Below, piece after piece: positions 1-9,674 of a DNA stretch of 32,000 bases. The translations under genes were made by a program, and so were the position numbers. Position 1 is the first letter of the stretch. Each line of letters starts with the position of its first letter. Source of the DNA: Pseudomonas phage phiKZ; sequence record NC_004629.1. One strand, written 5' to 3'. The notes beneath the pieces are model-generated. The model was given only the letters and a program-made list of their open reading frames with translations, ran no database searches and had not been told where the DNA came from.

Positions 1-2
1 TT

Positions 3-191
3 CGCTCTGTTAAAGAAAGTGATGGATGGGATATCATCCTCTATTATCCTGGTAAGATTACCAAGACTGTGAAACTACTATCAAGCGATGTAGCTGGGTC
101 AGATGCATCAAAGTTTATTGAACATGTATTTGGAGATGTTCAATTTGCTAAAGAAGCAGTACGCAATGCTGAAGGCATTGTAATAAAATAA
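3..191 (+). CDS. C-terminal fragment of a hypothetical protein (starts outside window)
   Basis: Open frame from the window edge (RSVKESDGWDIILYYPGKI...NAEGIVIK*) ending in TAA at 189-191. Confidence 0.6.
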   Translation, partial: RSVKESDGWDIILYYPGKITKTVKLLSSDVAGSDASKFIEHVFGDVQFAKEAVRNAEGIVIK

Positions 192-217
192 TCAATCTGG
201 AAAAAAAGGAAATATAA

Positions 218-637
218 ATGTATATTGATGAAAAGTACTGGGCTCATTCTGTAAAAGCTATGGATAACAAACATCCAGTTTTGATGAATGTGCATGGTCT
301 TCATTGGTGTTCACCGTCTTTGGTTAATTGGAGCCTAACTGCCGTCAAACGCGATGGATCACTTTCATCAAAAGAAGTGTTTGATATCACTAGCAAATAT
401 GCCAGCCATCTCATTGATCATGAAGTTAAAATCGTTAATGATCAATTGGTCTACCTGATCAAAAATAATCTGATTAGTGGCATTACTGAGCTTGATGATG
501 GTTTCTTTGTATTTGCAAATATTGATGGCGAGTCATGGTCCATGCATGTTGTAATTGAATGCTTGATGGAACATGAAGAAAATTGGGAAAAACTCGCTGC
601 CGTTAAGTGCAATGAGTTGACCATTTCTGCATTCTAA
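218..637 (+). CDS. hypothetical phage protein (139 aa)
   Basis: ORF with upstream AAGGAAAT SD-like sequence. Confidence 0.8.
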   Translation: MYIDEKYWAHSVKAMDNKHPVLMNVHGLHWCSPSLVNWSLTAVKRDGSLSSKEVFDITSKYASHLIDHEVKIVNDQLVYLIKNNLISGITELDDGFFVFANIDGESWSMHVVIECLMEHEENWEKLAAVKCNELTISAF

Positions 638-715
638 TTAATTATGAAAATGGGGGTCTAAAGACCCCCTATCTATTTAATAGAATGAAACTAATCTTAA
701 TAATGGTGAATACTA

Positions 716-1012
716 ATGAATAAATATTACCATTTGAAGAAACAGAAGGATGCTACATGGACAATTGAATTTCTAGGAAAGATGCGTAATTTTAAATTCA
801 ACCATGTAACTAAACAGAATAATAGCTGGGTTAGCATGGGTATTGAAGGTTATCCAGCACTTAAATTTAACTGTGATGGATTTGGTAGATTAGAAAGTAT
901 TCAACCCATTGATGATGATTTAACCATCGATGAAATATTTATTCCACGTAAACATTCTGTTTCACAGTGTATCGATATAACAACACTTTACATAGGTGGT
1001 CAATGTGACTGA
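716..1012 (+). CDS. hypothetical protein (98 aa)
   Basis: ORF in co-directional array; overlaps next gene start. Confidence 0.7.
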   Translation: MNKYYHLKKQKDATWTIEFLGKMRNFKFNHVTKQNNSWVSMGIEGYPALKFNCDGFGRLESIQPIDDDLTIDEIFIPRKHSVSQCIDITTLYIGGQCD

Positions 1013-1442
1013 GATAATATTAGTTATTTTATCATTGTTTGTTCTTTCAGTCATAACCGGCTATTGTATAACCCGGTTAGAGAAAACCGAAGATATAGCC
1101 TATTATGTTAAATCAATTACGTATTACTTAGGTGAATCCGGTGATACATTTTTTAATAGTGAACCCAAAGTAATACAGCTGGATAACCCTGTAAAACTAG
1201 TTTTCACTAATGAACCAGTTCAAATAAAAACACTTTATTTAGACCTAGATAAGAAAGAATTATATCTTAATCATCCCGAACATGCTTGTATTGTAATGCG
1301 TGTTATTTTCTTTTTAAATTATCATAACCAGAAAAAACTCATCGGTTATTCAGATGAGTACTATCATGACAATGAGTATGTTGATAGTGAGTTTGATATG
1401 GTCATAAAGAAAATTAGTGTAGAATGCTATAAAGGTTTATAA
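996..1442 (+). CDS. hypothetical protein with N-terminal transmembrane helix
   Basis: ORF; hydrophobic N-terminus EIILVILSLFVLSVITGYCI. Confidence 0.75.
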   Translation: MVNVTEIILVILSLFVLSVITGYCITRLEKTEDIAYYVKSITYYLGESGDTFFNSEPKVIQLDNPVKLVFTNEPVQIKTLYLDLDKKELYLNHPEHACIVMRVIFFLNYHNQKKLIGYSDEYYHDNEYVDSEFDMVIKKISVECYKGL

Positions 1443-1478
1443 TGGTCAATTTTATAGACCATCAATCAGGAGTTAATA

Positions 1479-1910
1479 ATGAGTGTTCTACAACAGCTAG
1501 GAAGTTTCCCAGTATATAAGAAAACTAATGGTGAAACTCGATTTCTATTAGACCATGATGTTGCTATCAGCATGGTTACAACTGAGCAAGGTAGTTTTAT
1601 GACTGCCCCACTAAAAACAGATGGGGTAGAGTTCAATCTATCTGAAGTCTTTGGTGATTATAAAAAATTCGATAATGTGATTGTAGATAAACTCTACTAT
1701 CGTGATTTATCTGGTAAAATGCAGTCTAAAAAAGTACCAACTATCCCACAGCTTTATAAAGACATGACTGTATTTAAAAGTGGGTATACCACTAAAATAA
1801 ATAACCTTCGCTGGGGTTATTGTGTAACTATTAAAAATGATGGTACAGCTAAAATTTGGACAGATTCTAATAGTCCTATTTGTGGTGTGTCAATTCGTTT
1901 CACAATGTAA
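1479..1910 (+). CDS. hypothetical protein (143 aa)
   Basis: ORF followed directly by a terminator hairpin. Confidence 0.8.
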   Translation: MSVLQQLGSFPVYKKTNGETRFLLDHDVAISMVTTEQGSFMTAPLKTDGVEFNLSEVFGDYKKFDNVIVDKLYYRDLSGKMQSKKVPTIPQLYKDMTVFKSGYTTKINNLRWGYCVTIKNDGTAKIWTDSNSPICGVSIRFTM

Positions 1911-1920
1911 CGTCATAATG

Positions 1921-1942
1921 GCCTCCCTTCGGGGAGGCTTTT
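1921..1942 (+). terminator. intrinsic terminator
   Basis: GCCTCCC-TTCG-GGGAGGC followed by TTTT. Confidence 0.9.
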
Positions 1943-1972
1943 ATATCCCTTTATATAAACAGGTATATTCAA

Positions 1973-2275
1973 ATGAAAATGAATAATAAGGTAATTGACT
2001 CGGCGTCGTATATGTTGGCTAATACCGATAAGTTCATTAGTACTGTATTCGCTGGTGAAGACCGGTATATTGAGTCCTGTACTGGGCTCATTAGCGCACA
2101 TGGTGATAAGGTGGAGCAGTACCGTAATGGTTGGGAAGAGGCTGGATTAGACTTTAATAAAGCACAAATAATCTATCTTCTAACCTATACTAAACTACTA
2201 GGTGATACTCCTAAGTATATGTCTAATCAATGGGTGATTGACAACTATTCTAAATACAGTGAACTATTGCCATAA
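1973..2275 (+). CDS. hypothetical protein (100 aa)
   Basis: ORF with upstream AGGTATATTCAA leader. Confidence 0.75.
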   Translation: MKMNNKVIDSASYMLANTDKFISTVFAGEDRYIESCTGLISAHGDKVEQYRNGWEEAGLDFNKAQIIYLLTYTKLLGDTPKYMSNQWVIDNYSKYSELLP

Positions 2276-2358
2276 TGCATAAATGGTTTATTATAAGTAA
2301 ATTTAAAAATATATAATAACCATGCTAAGTTAGATAATCATTATTTGAGGTACTCAAA

Positions 2359-2511
2359 ATGGAAGGAATCAAATATGTAGCACTGTTTTTGATTATAGCT
2401 ATTTTAAGTAGTACATTAGTTGGTATTAATAAAATTATTAGTATAGGTGATATCGATGGATATAGATCAGAAAAAGAAAGAATCACCGAAATTCAATCCC
2501 ATCATAAATAG
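2359..2511 (+). CDS. small membrane protein (50 aa), absent from supplied ORF track
   Basis: ATG..TAG frame MEGIKYVALFLIIAILSSTLVGINKIISIGDIDGYRSEKERITEIQSHHK; TTGAGG upstream; hydrophobic helix. Confidence 0.6.
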   Translation: MEGIKYVALFLIIAILSSTLVGINKIISIGDIDGYRSEKERITEIQSHHK

Positions 2512-2567
2512 TATCTTTAACAAGTCATGGTTAACTGAAGATAAAAGTGGTAAAGAGGTAAAAAGAA

Positions 2568-2870
2568 ATGAGTACAACAGTGAGCTGTCTAGCAAACGTG
2601 CTAGCTAATGGTATTAGTCTTATCGCTAAGAATAAAGTTCAAGTAGGTATGATTCTACAAGCAACACAGGATATTTGGATCATGCGTACTTGTAAAAAGA
2701 ATGGTTATTTAGAATGGAAGTTTGCTAATGAAGGTGATGACCTAACCGTATTAGGTGTTGATGAGGGTAATCCCGAAGGCGGCTTTAGAGTTTTAAATGC
2801 CGACAATTATAATCAAATTGAAACTGTACAATGTACAGATATGGATGATATTCTTCACGCCTATAACTGA
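2568..2870 (+). CDS. hypothetical small protein
   Basis: ORF in co-directional array. Confidence 0.75.
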   Translation: MSTTVSCLANVLANGISLIAKNKVQVGMILQATQDIWIMRTCKKNGYLEWKFANEGDDLTVLGVDEGNPEGGFRVLNADNYNQIETVQCTDMDDILHAYN

Positions 2871-2878
2871 GGTGATAT

Positions 2879-3091
2879 ATGTCAAATTCATTTAAAGCCG
2901 GTGACAAAGTTGTAGTCAACACAGATATTATTAATAGCACTGGTGAATGCGGCTATGATCTTACACTATGCAAAGCTGGTACTGTAGTTATAATCGAATC
3001 TGTTAATGGAGACCATCTGTTAGTATATCCATCTAATAGCGGTCCTAGTAATGGATTTTATGTTCATCTACATCAGGTTAATGCACAATGA
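2879..3091 (+). CDS. hypothetical small protein, possibly SH3-like barrel
   Basis: ORF; FKAGDKVVVNTDI...CKAGTVVIIESV pattern. Confidence 0.7.
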   Translation: MSNSFKAGDKVVVNTDIINSTGECGYDLTLCKAGTVVIIESVNGDHLLVYPSNSGPSNGFYVHLHQVNAQ

Positions 3092-3465
3092 AACTTGAAT
3101 GCGTAAGAGATACTGCACAGATCCTCTACAGTAAAAGAGCTTTTATAAAAGGTAATTATATTGGTAGCGAATATCATATTTACCAATTACTAACCCATCT
3201 TCATCATCGTATCGTTAATGCGCTTATTGAAATATATGATGATGATTCACTAGCTGATGTGCTAAATAAAAGTCCTGATGATATTATTATCTTATTCTCT
3301 AAACATGCGACTAATGCGTATCAGCATTACAAAGTTCTTCGCCAAAATATAAATGCTAAGATTGAAGAAGTAAATGCATCACGAAATAGGTATACTCTAT
3401 GGTCTAACTTAGTAGAGGATATTCTTAAGTTTAGACTATATTGCAGTAAACTAAAGGTGGGTTGA
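3088..3465 (+). CDS. hypothetical protein (125 aa)
   Basis: ATGA overlap with preceding ORF. Confidence 0.75.
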   Translation: MKLECVRDTAQILYSKRAFIKGNYIGSEYHIYQLLTHLHHRIVNALIEIYDDDSLADVLNKSPDDIIILFSKHATNAYQHYKVLRQNINAKIEEVNASRNRYTLWSNLVEDILKFRLYCSKLKVG

Positions 3466-3466
3466 G

Positions 3467-3832
3467 ATGATCGAAATTAATTCTGCTGAAGTGGAAATGC
3501 TTGTTGAAACGATTACTGGTGATTTGTTCTGCTCTATCCATGACGGCACATATCCAGCTGAAACTTATTGGATGTTTAAAGCAGATGTTGCAATGTTGGA
3601 TGCATGGTTTGCTAAAATTTATAAGTTTGGTATGTTAAAGCAAATCCCATATGCCAGTATTCCATTTGCCAATCTGGTGGATGTATCAACTGAGCGGCTA
3701 TTCCAATATATGGCCAATCTGGCAGCTGATCTAGGTGATTTTGAAGATGTCCAAGAACCTATTTTCAATATCATCAATAAGATCCATTCAATGTGGTTAG
3801 TTTATGATAAGTATTCATGGACTGGTAGCTAA
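3467..3832 (+). CDS. hypothetical protein (121 aa)
   Basis: ORF directly after preceding stop. Confidence 0.75.
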   Translation: MIEINSAEVEMLVETITGDLFCSIHDGTYPAETYWMFKADVAMLDAWFAKIYKFGMLKQIPYASIPFANLVDVSTERLFQYMANLAADLGDFEDVQEPIFNIINKIHSMWLVYDKYSWTGS

Positions 3833-3875
3833 TACTTGACCGTCCAATTAGATAGTTATAGGACGGGAATTAACC

Positions 3876-4211
3876 ATGTTTATAGTTGATGATAAGTGTT
3901 ATAGTTGGTCAAGTACTTCGCACGGTCGTGGGAAAAGAAGCGAAATAGTTGGAGCAGGTGTTTATGTTATTGAACACATTGCAACTGGGAAGTATTTAGT
4001 AGGGCTTTCAAAGACTGTTAGTAATGAAGTTGATAAACATATCGCTGCATTACGTAATAATAGTCATCAAAATAAGGCAATGTTGGGTTTAGTACATCGG
4101 GACATGGATTTACGTTTATTAGAATACCCCATTAGTAAGGTTAGTGATCAGAAAGCACTTATTGCTAAGATCCGAGCCACCACTGAACCTAAATATCTAA
4201 TGCTTAATTAG
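3876..4211 (+). CDS. possible degenerate GIY-YIG-fold protein (111 aa)
   Basis: GVYVIEHIATGKYLVGLSKTVSNEVDKHIAALRNNSHQNKAM resembles GIY-YIG N-terminal motifs with altered catalytic positions. Confidence 0.5.
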   Translation: MFIVDDKCYSWSSTSHGRGKRSEIVGAGVYVIEHIATGKYLVGLSKTVSNEVDKHIAALRNNSHQNKAMLGLVHRDMDLRLLEYPISKVSDQKALIAKIRATTEPKYLMLN

Positions 4212-4231
4212 GGAGGGTAATACCTCCCTTT
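4211..4231 (+). terminator. intrinsic terminator
   Basis: GGGAGG-gtaata-CCTCCC followed by TTTT. Confidence 0.8.
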
Positions 4232-4257
4232 TCTTATATGAGAAAAGGAAATATACA

Positions 4258-4944
4258 ATGAGTAACCCATTAGTTATCAAATCGGCAAGTGATCTAGTAG
4301 AACCAAAAGAGATAGATTACAAAGCGCCTATTTTTAAGGCCAGTCACGAATATGCATCTATTCGTGAGAATAGCAGACAGTTAATTGAAAAGCAAATGAA
4401 ACTATCCAAAAAGCCTTTTGCCGTGCTTGAACGAGAAGGTGATATTGGTCCCAATGTTGTTTATTACACGTGTGGGTGTAATAAAGAAGATCCACTCTTT
4501 CCTGAACTGGTGATCACTGCATGCATCACTAAGGAATCGGCAGTAAATACCTTTTACGCCATTTTTGAAAAATTAAAAGAAGTGAAACAGATCACGGGTA
4601 GCGTAGAGATTGCAGATTTACTGAGCGCATTTGAAGAAGATCAAAGGATGGGACGACAACCTAAATTTGGTATTCGTCTAATTGATACTCATCAGTTTGT
4701 ATATGGGTTCGGTGGTAAACTCCACGCATACTACAATATGGATGACTATTATAACCAATTGCCCATCTGGCAAATTCTCATCAGTGATATTGAAGGATTC
4801 CTACCCACTGATAGTGGTTATCTACAAACAGTTTGTCCGCAGTTTCTTCTAGCCGATAAACCTTTCGGACAAGCTGGTAATATCTATCCTACTGACATTT
4901 TTAAAACTATGAAATGTCGTCCTTCTGCAACAGTTATTCATTAA
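4258..4944 (+). CDS. hypothetical protein (228 aa)
   Basis: ORF with AAAAGGAAATATACA leader. Confidence 0.8.
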   Translation: MSNPLVIKSASDLVEPKEIDYKAPIFKASHEYASIRENSRQLIEKQMKLSKKPFAVLEREGDIGPNVVYYTCGCNKEDPLFPELVITACITKESAVNTFYAIFEKLKEVKQITGSVEIADLLSAFEEDQRMGRQPKFGIRLIDTHQFVYGFGGKLHAYYNMDDYYNQLPIWQILISDIEGFLPTDSGYLQTVCPQFLLADKPFGQAGNIYPTDIFKTMKCRPSATVIH

Positions 4945-4956
4945 GAGGTTAATATA

Positions 4957-5196
4957 ATGCGTGAGTTTCGTACTGGTCAATATTGTATTACTAAAATTGA
5001 TATTCCTCATCCAAAACCCAATGCATTAACTGGCCCAACTTATTTAACAGCTGGACAGCAGTGCCAAATTATCGTTTATGATCCATCGAAAACACCTTCT
5101 ACTGGTATTCGTAAAGAAGGTGAAAACTTCGCAATGGTTTATGTAGAAGAATCTGCACTAATTGCTGATCCATCAAAACCGGTTCCAACTCTATGA
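4957..5196 (+). CDS. hypothetical small protein
   Basis: ORF; AGAGGTTAAT leader. Confidence 0.7.
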   Translation: MREFRTGQYCITKIDIPHPKPNALTGPTYLTAGQQCQIIVYDPSKTPSTGIRKEGENFAMVYVEESALIADPSKPVPTL

Positions 5197-5552
5197 TATT
5201 TAAATTCTTTGATGTTAATGGAGAGTATGATCCACGTAACTTGTGGTTACCCGCTGAACGTCAGCTATATATCTCTATTATTAATCCAGAGGGTCATGAG
5301 GTGCTCTGGTATGCTAGAAAACCAGGCACTAATGTAGCTATGTTGACACCTAAGCGAGATGATTATGAACTTGTAAATTGTTCAAATATTCTGAAGGCTA
5401 GGAATGTTCTATTGGTTAATCATGAGGCTGGTTCAGTAGAAAAAGCATTACGTTATTTTGACTTACCTGTTAAAGGTAAATATAAATTAGCAAGTCGTAC
5501 ATGGGAATGTAGTGAACTATTCACTCTTCAATTTATTGAATATAATTTTTAA
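5193..5552 (+). CDS. hypothetical protein (119 aa)
   Basis: ATGA overlap with preceding ORF. Confidence 0.75.
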   Translation: MIFKFFDVNGEYDPRNLWLPAERQLYISIINPEGHEVLWYARKPGTNVAMLTPKRDDYELVNCSNILKARNVLLVNHEAGSVEKALRYFDLPVKGKYKLASRTWECSELFTLQFIEYNF

Positions 5553-5566
5553 ACAGGTAATTATAA

Positions 5567-6088
5567 ATGGCTCTTATTTGTGGATACGGTGAAAATGCCG
5601 TGCTATTTGGCGGCGATGTTGATGTAGTCGACTATGCGATGTCTCAAAGAAAATATACCTTAGATAATAAATTCATTATCCGTGGTATCGCTGTTATGAG
5701 TGCTGATAAAAAAGCGCGACATAGTTTCTGCCGAGCTAATAGTGAGCTGTTTCTTAGCCATCGCACAAAAGACTATAATGTAATCACACAACAATTCCAA
5801 GAATCGGTTAATAATTATAAAGTGATGGTTTACATTGTATTCGATGACGAACTAGCCGTCTTTGTACCGAATACACCAATCACTGTACTGAATTATAAAA
5901 ATAATCCAGATGGAGTTACTGTGATTAATAAAGGTTTCCGATATAAACAAAGGGAGAGGCTTAAAGTTCTCATTAAAACATATCACGATGATCTATTGTT
6001 ATTGGCTAAGAATATTGCAGATAATTCATTGAAAGATGTTAATCAACTAACTGTCTTTAAAGACGGAACTACCCAACGGTTTATTTAA
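5567..6088 (+). CDS. hypothetical protein (173 aa)
   Basis: ORF in co-directional array. Confidence 0.8.
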   Translation: MALICGYGENAVLFGGDVDVVDYAMSQRKYTLDNKFIIRGIAVMSADKKARHSFCRANSELFLSHRTKDYNVITQQFQESVNNYKVMVYIVFDDELAVFVPNTPITVLNYKNNPDGVTVINKGFRYKQRERLKVLIKTYHDDLLLLAKNIADNSLKDVNQLTVFKDGTTQRFI

Positions 6089-6099
6089 GGTATCTTTAC

Positions 6100-6399
6100 A
6101 TGACCACTAAACAACAGCGCATTACCTATCACTATCATTGTAAAGGTCTTAAACAGACATATCACCCAGTCATTGGTAAAGATGGGGAATTGAAACTGTC
6201 TGTACTTACACCTGATAATATTTATAGTCAATATCCATTATACGAGGATGTAGAAGATGGAGCTATTGATAAATTATGCGATCAGGTAGAACAGCTACTG
6301 AGAAAAGAACTTGTGGGTGTAATTGCTATTAAATATAATGTAGATTATCTAGCTACCCCTGGTGAAAAATTAAAAGAAGTATATAGACTCGTAATTTAA
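6100..6399 (+). CDS. hypothetical protein (99 aa)
   Basis: ORF followed by terminator. Confidence 0.75.
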   Translation: MTTKQQRITYHYHCKGLKQTYHPVIGKDGELKLSVLTPDNIYSQYPLYEDVEDGAIDKLCDQVEQLLRKELVGVIAIKYNVDYLATPGEKLKEVYRLVI

Positions 6400-6412
6400 T
6401 AATGGTATAATT

Positions 6413-6430
6413 GCCCTCCTTCGGGAGGGC
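6413..6430 (+). terminator. intrinsic terminator
   Basis: GCCCTCC-TTCG-GGAGGGC followed by TTCT. Confidence 0.85.
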
Positions 6431-6457
6431 TTCTATTTCGTAAAAAGGAAAATACAA

Positions 6458-6898
6458 ATGAAAGCATTCATTCCAAAATGGCGCCAAGATCCAAATAACG
6501 TTGACCATAAGTATGGTTATGAACTGAATGCGTACACCTCTGTTTCTGGTACTCGCGTCTTCATCGAACGTCGTGTTGAATACTACAATAAGAAAAAGAA
6601 ACAATGGTGCGATGAAACAATTCAAGTAATTCATCTTGGTAAACTGAATTGTTATATTTGGAAACACTATCCAGTTATCAGTTTCAGAGATGTTGGTGTA
6701 ATCTACGGTCGGTTAGAATTTGATGAACTAAAGAAAGTAAATAAACTTATTCAGAGTTCAAATTCCGTATCTATTGAACTGATGGAATCTATTTCAAAAG
6801 AATATCAGGTTTATATCACAGCTGTAATTAATAACATCAAATATGTGTTCAGCCCTGAACGCACTTATGTATCTGATGAGGGTTACGTAGATGACTAA
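6458..6898 (+). CDS. hypothetical protein (146 aa)
   Basis: ORF with AAAAAGGAAAATACAA leader. Confidence 0.8.
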   Translation: MKAFIPKWRQDPNNVDHKYGYELNAYTSVSGTRVFIERRVEYYNKKKKQWCDETIQVIHLGKLNCYIWKHYPVISFRDVGVIYGRLEFDELKKVNKLIQSSNSVSIELMESISKEYQVYITAVINNIKYVFSPERTYVSDEGYVDD

Positions 6899-7403
6899 AA
6901 CACTCCGTGTAGTACGTGTCCGTGATGGGATCGTTGATAGTCTTAATAACGATGGTCTATGGGTTAACAAACATACCTTTTGTATGGAGGAGGTATGGGA
7001 AGCCCACAAACAAACAACCCAATTCCAGTCTTACAACTGGGGGACTATGTACTTCGTTAGTGAAAATGATGTAGCATGTAATCCATATCCCCATCATCAA
7101 TACCGTGAGGTATGGATCTGTCAACGAGGTGTGCAACAAAAACTGGAACTATGTGAGGATTTAGAATCCGGTATAGTTGGGGATGATCATGTTGTAGTTA
7201 TTATGACTACTACGGATGGATTAGATTATAGTTTTGTGAGTGGTGTGTATGGCGACCGTATTAACTACAGTCCTTACTATGGTGATGCCATTTCTATACC
7301 TTGTACCAATAATCAAGAAGCAGACGATGTCTATCATAGCCTAGCTAAAATGGCCAATGGCATAAGTCTATCTGTTCCTCTAGTAATGAAGCTGATTAAA
7401 TGA
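6891..7403 (+). CDS. hypothetical protein (170 aa)
   Basis: ORF overlapping preceding gene end. Confidence 0.8.
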   Translation: MTKTLRVVRVRDGIVDSLNNDGLWVNKHTFCMEEVWEAHKQTTQFQSYNWGTMYFVSENDVACNPYPHHQYREVWICQRGVQQKLELCEDLESGIVGDDHVVVIMTTTDGLDYSFVSGVYGDRINYSPYYGDAISIPCTNNQEADDVYHSLAKMANGISLSVPLVMKLIK

Positions 7404-7410
7404 AGGAGTA

Positions 7411-7776
7411 ATGATTATGGATTATAAATGGCATGATAAGTTCATTATAGAAATTATTAGTAAAAGTTGTAAAAAAGATGGAATCTGTAAAAGTTACTTA
7501 GTACGTAAAGGTTGGAGAGATGTTAATCAGCGTGATTACGCCATTTTATCACGTATTGGTTTCCATGACACTCTTTTGCTTGATGAACATGAAGTCGAAT
7601 ACTATTTGAACAATGTGGTATTTGATATCGTAAAGGCCGTATGGGAGTCTGAAGGTAAACCAAAAGATACTCATATGCATATTCGGGCATTGCGTGTAGA
7701 TATGGATAGTCTATCTGATAGATTCAAGATATATGCTGATGTAAAACTAGATATGGATAAGCACCGGAAATCGTAA
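7411..7776 (+). CDS. hypothetical protein (121 aa)
   Basis: ORF in array. Confidence 0.75.
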   Translation: MIMDYKWHDKFIIEIISKSCKKDGICKSYLVRKGWRDVNQRDYAILSRIGFHDTLLLDEHEVEYYLNNVVFDIVKAVWESEGKPKDTHMHIRALRVDMDSLSDRFKIYADVKLDMDKHRKS

Positions 7777-7816
7777 AAGATATCCATCGTATACATTTAT
7801 TAATAGGAACCTACAA

Positions 7817-8173
7817 ATGCAACTAGATAAAGACAAATTGAAAGAATTGGTAAATATCATTGAAGAGAATACACGCCTTAAAGGTAAAGTATTCCACCAG
7901 GAAGTCTACTCCAGTGTTCACGGTGAAATAGAGGTTCGCAGTTACGCTGGTACTTTCACTTTTTACAAAGATCATACCACTGAACATTATGCAATGTTTA
8001 ATGTAGAGTTTGACACACATGGTAAGGTAGTTAGATTCATAGCACCTGCACTATTACGTGCGACTGTCATTTGGGAATTGAACGAAGAACCGGAATACTA
8101 CAAAATCAACATCGAGCATATGCTGATCGAAGCAGTAACCAATCACTTCAATACGGCCACACTGCTACCTTGA
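7817..8173 (+). CDS. hypothetical protein (118 aa)
   Basis: ORF in array. Confidence 0.75.
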   Translation: MQLDKDKLKELVNIIEENTRLKGKVFHQEVYSSVHGEIEVRSYAGTFTFYKDHTTEHYAMFNVEFDTHGKVVRFIAPALLRATVIWELNEEPEYYKINIEHMLIEAVTNHFNTATLLP

Positions 8174-8219
8174 AGTTAATTGATAACCATAACTCTTATA
8201 AAGCATAGTGGATTTTATT

Positions 8220-8735
8220 ATGAATAAACCAGAATTACTTTACCATGGTTCTCTTTATAAACAAGATGAATTAATGCCAGGATTTAAAAGATCTGGTGAA
8301 CTTGTTATGTGGGATGGTATTGAGTCTAACCAATACCTATATGCAACGTCATCTGAAAAAGATGCATCTTATTTAGGTATTGGTAGCGCTATCGAAAAGT
8401 TATTTGATAGTGATAGATATGCTACTGTTGATAGGGATATTACAATCTATTGTCAAAATAATATCGATAAAAGTGATATTTTAAAAATGGTTGTGTATGT
8501 TTATACCATTCCATTTAGGGACTCTGACAAATGGATTAAGAATAATAATCCTCACAATAGCATTGATACTGAGTGGATTACGAAAAACACTATCCATGAT
8601 GTTACTGTAAGGAAATTAGATATTGGTGAATTTTTAAAAGGTGCTCGCTTAACTGTCACTAAAGCACCAGTGGATGTTGATCCATTAAACATCATGTCAC
8701 AATATCGTTCAGTAACAGAGCGTTATCTGTTTTAA
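8220..8735 (+). CDS. hypothetical protein with ADP-ribosyltransferase-like N-terminal pattern
   Basis: ORF (track start 8208; internal ATG 8220 also possible); ELLYHGSLYKQDELMPGF...NQYLYATSSEKDASYLG. Confidence 0.6.
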   Translation: MNKPELLYHGSLYKQDELMPGFKRSGELVMWDGIESNQYLYATSSEKDASYLGIGSAIEKLFDSDRYATVDRDITIYCQNNIDKSDILKMVVYVYTIPFRDSDKWIKNNNPHNSIDTEWITKNTIHDVTVRKLDIGEFLKGARLTVTKAPVDVDPLNIMSQYRSVTERYLF

Positions 8736-8750
8736 TTAAATAGGTTAATT

Positions 8751-9215
8751 ATGTATCACATATCGACAGTATACCTTGGGGATTATGTTTTATTAAGGCC
8801 ATATATTCCAAGTAATAGAGCTGATGGCGAAGACAGTGTAACCAACCGTATATGTGTGGCCCCATCAGTTATTGAATGTATTGCAGCTAAAAGCGGGTGT
8901 TATGATATCGATCTTAATTTACTTGGTTCTAAATCAACTATTTACGCATACCGAAGTAATTCTACTGACTACATTATAGGAAATGTACCTGATCAAAAAC
9001 AATATAGGGAACACTGGTATTTAAAACCAACTTTATTTGCGTATGTTGGCTCTCTGCAATTATTAGAGACTGGGGTGATTAAGGTAAGTAGTGAAGTCGA
9101 TATGCATTCTAAATTAATGGTATCACATCGGTTAAACTACTTCAATAATATTATTAGTAAAGAAGAACTAATACACCATTGGCATATAGAGGCTTTATCT
9201 ATTTTAAATGGTTAG
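8751..9215 (+). CDS. hypothetical protein (154 aa)
   Basis: ORF in array. Confidence 0.75.
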   Translation: MYHISTVYLGDYVLLRPYIPSNRADGEDSVTNRICVAPSVIECIAAKSGCYDIDLNLLGSKSTIYAYRSNSTDYIIGNVPDQKQYREHWYLKPTLFAYVGSLQLLETGVIKVSSEVDMHSKLMVSHRLNYFNNIISKEELIHHWHIEALSILNG

Positions 9216-9270
9216 ATCATAATTTATTTAAGATCTATATTACAAGTGTACTATCAATAAACTAATAGGA

Positions 9271-9633
9271 GTGATACAAGTGGATTTTATAATTGAAATT
9301 ATCGATAATCCCAATAGTGATACTGCGTTGTATGTTTATGATTATTGGGGTACCCTAACTACGGTTGTGGGTAATGCAAAAACCCTGGCAGAAGCATATA
9401 GTTTTAAATATTCATCCATTGACAGCATTGAAAAATTAAAAGCTGTCATTGGTAAAAATATCGAATGCATTTTTAAAGAAATGCATGATCAATCGAATAA
9501 GGTAATTCGTGTTAATATCGTAAAAGTAGATCTAGAGAATAAGATTATTAGTAAGCGCATCGAAATTGTAAAAAGCTATAGTGTTATCAATAGTGATGGT
9601 GAACTTATTCTAATCACAGATGTAGTACGGTAA
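9271..9633 (+). CDS. hypothetical protein (120 aa)
   Basis: ORF in array; upstream AATAGGAGTGA. Confidence 0.75.
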   Translation: MIQVDFIIEIIDNPNSDTALYVYDYWGTLTTVVGNAKTLAEAYSFKYSSIDSIEKLKAVIGKNIECIFKEMHDQSNKVIRVNIVKVDLENKIISKRIEIVKSYSVINSDGELILITDVVR

Positions 9634-9674
9634 TTGAATAAATAATTCATTAATTTAACATAGGTGATATAACC

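Noticed and set aside
1913-2101. Minus-strand ORF in the + array; also 6353-6667, 6794-7009, 6957-7139, 7823-8020, 11647-11952, 12433-12630, 14370-14555 and 15240-15422
   Set aside because: All are antisense to better-supported + strand genes, or cross terminators, without their own ribosome binding context.
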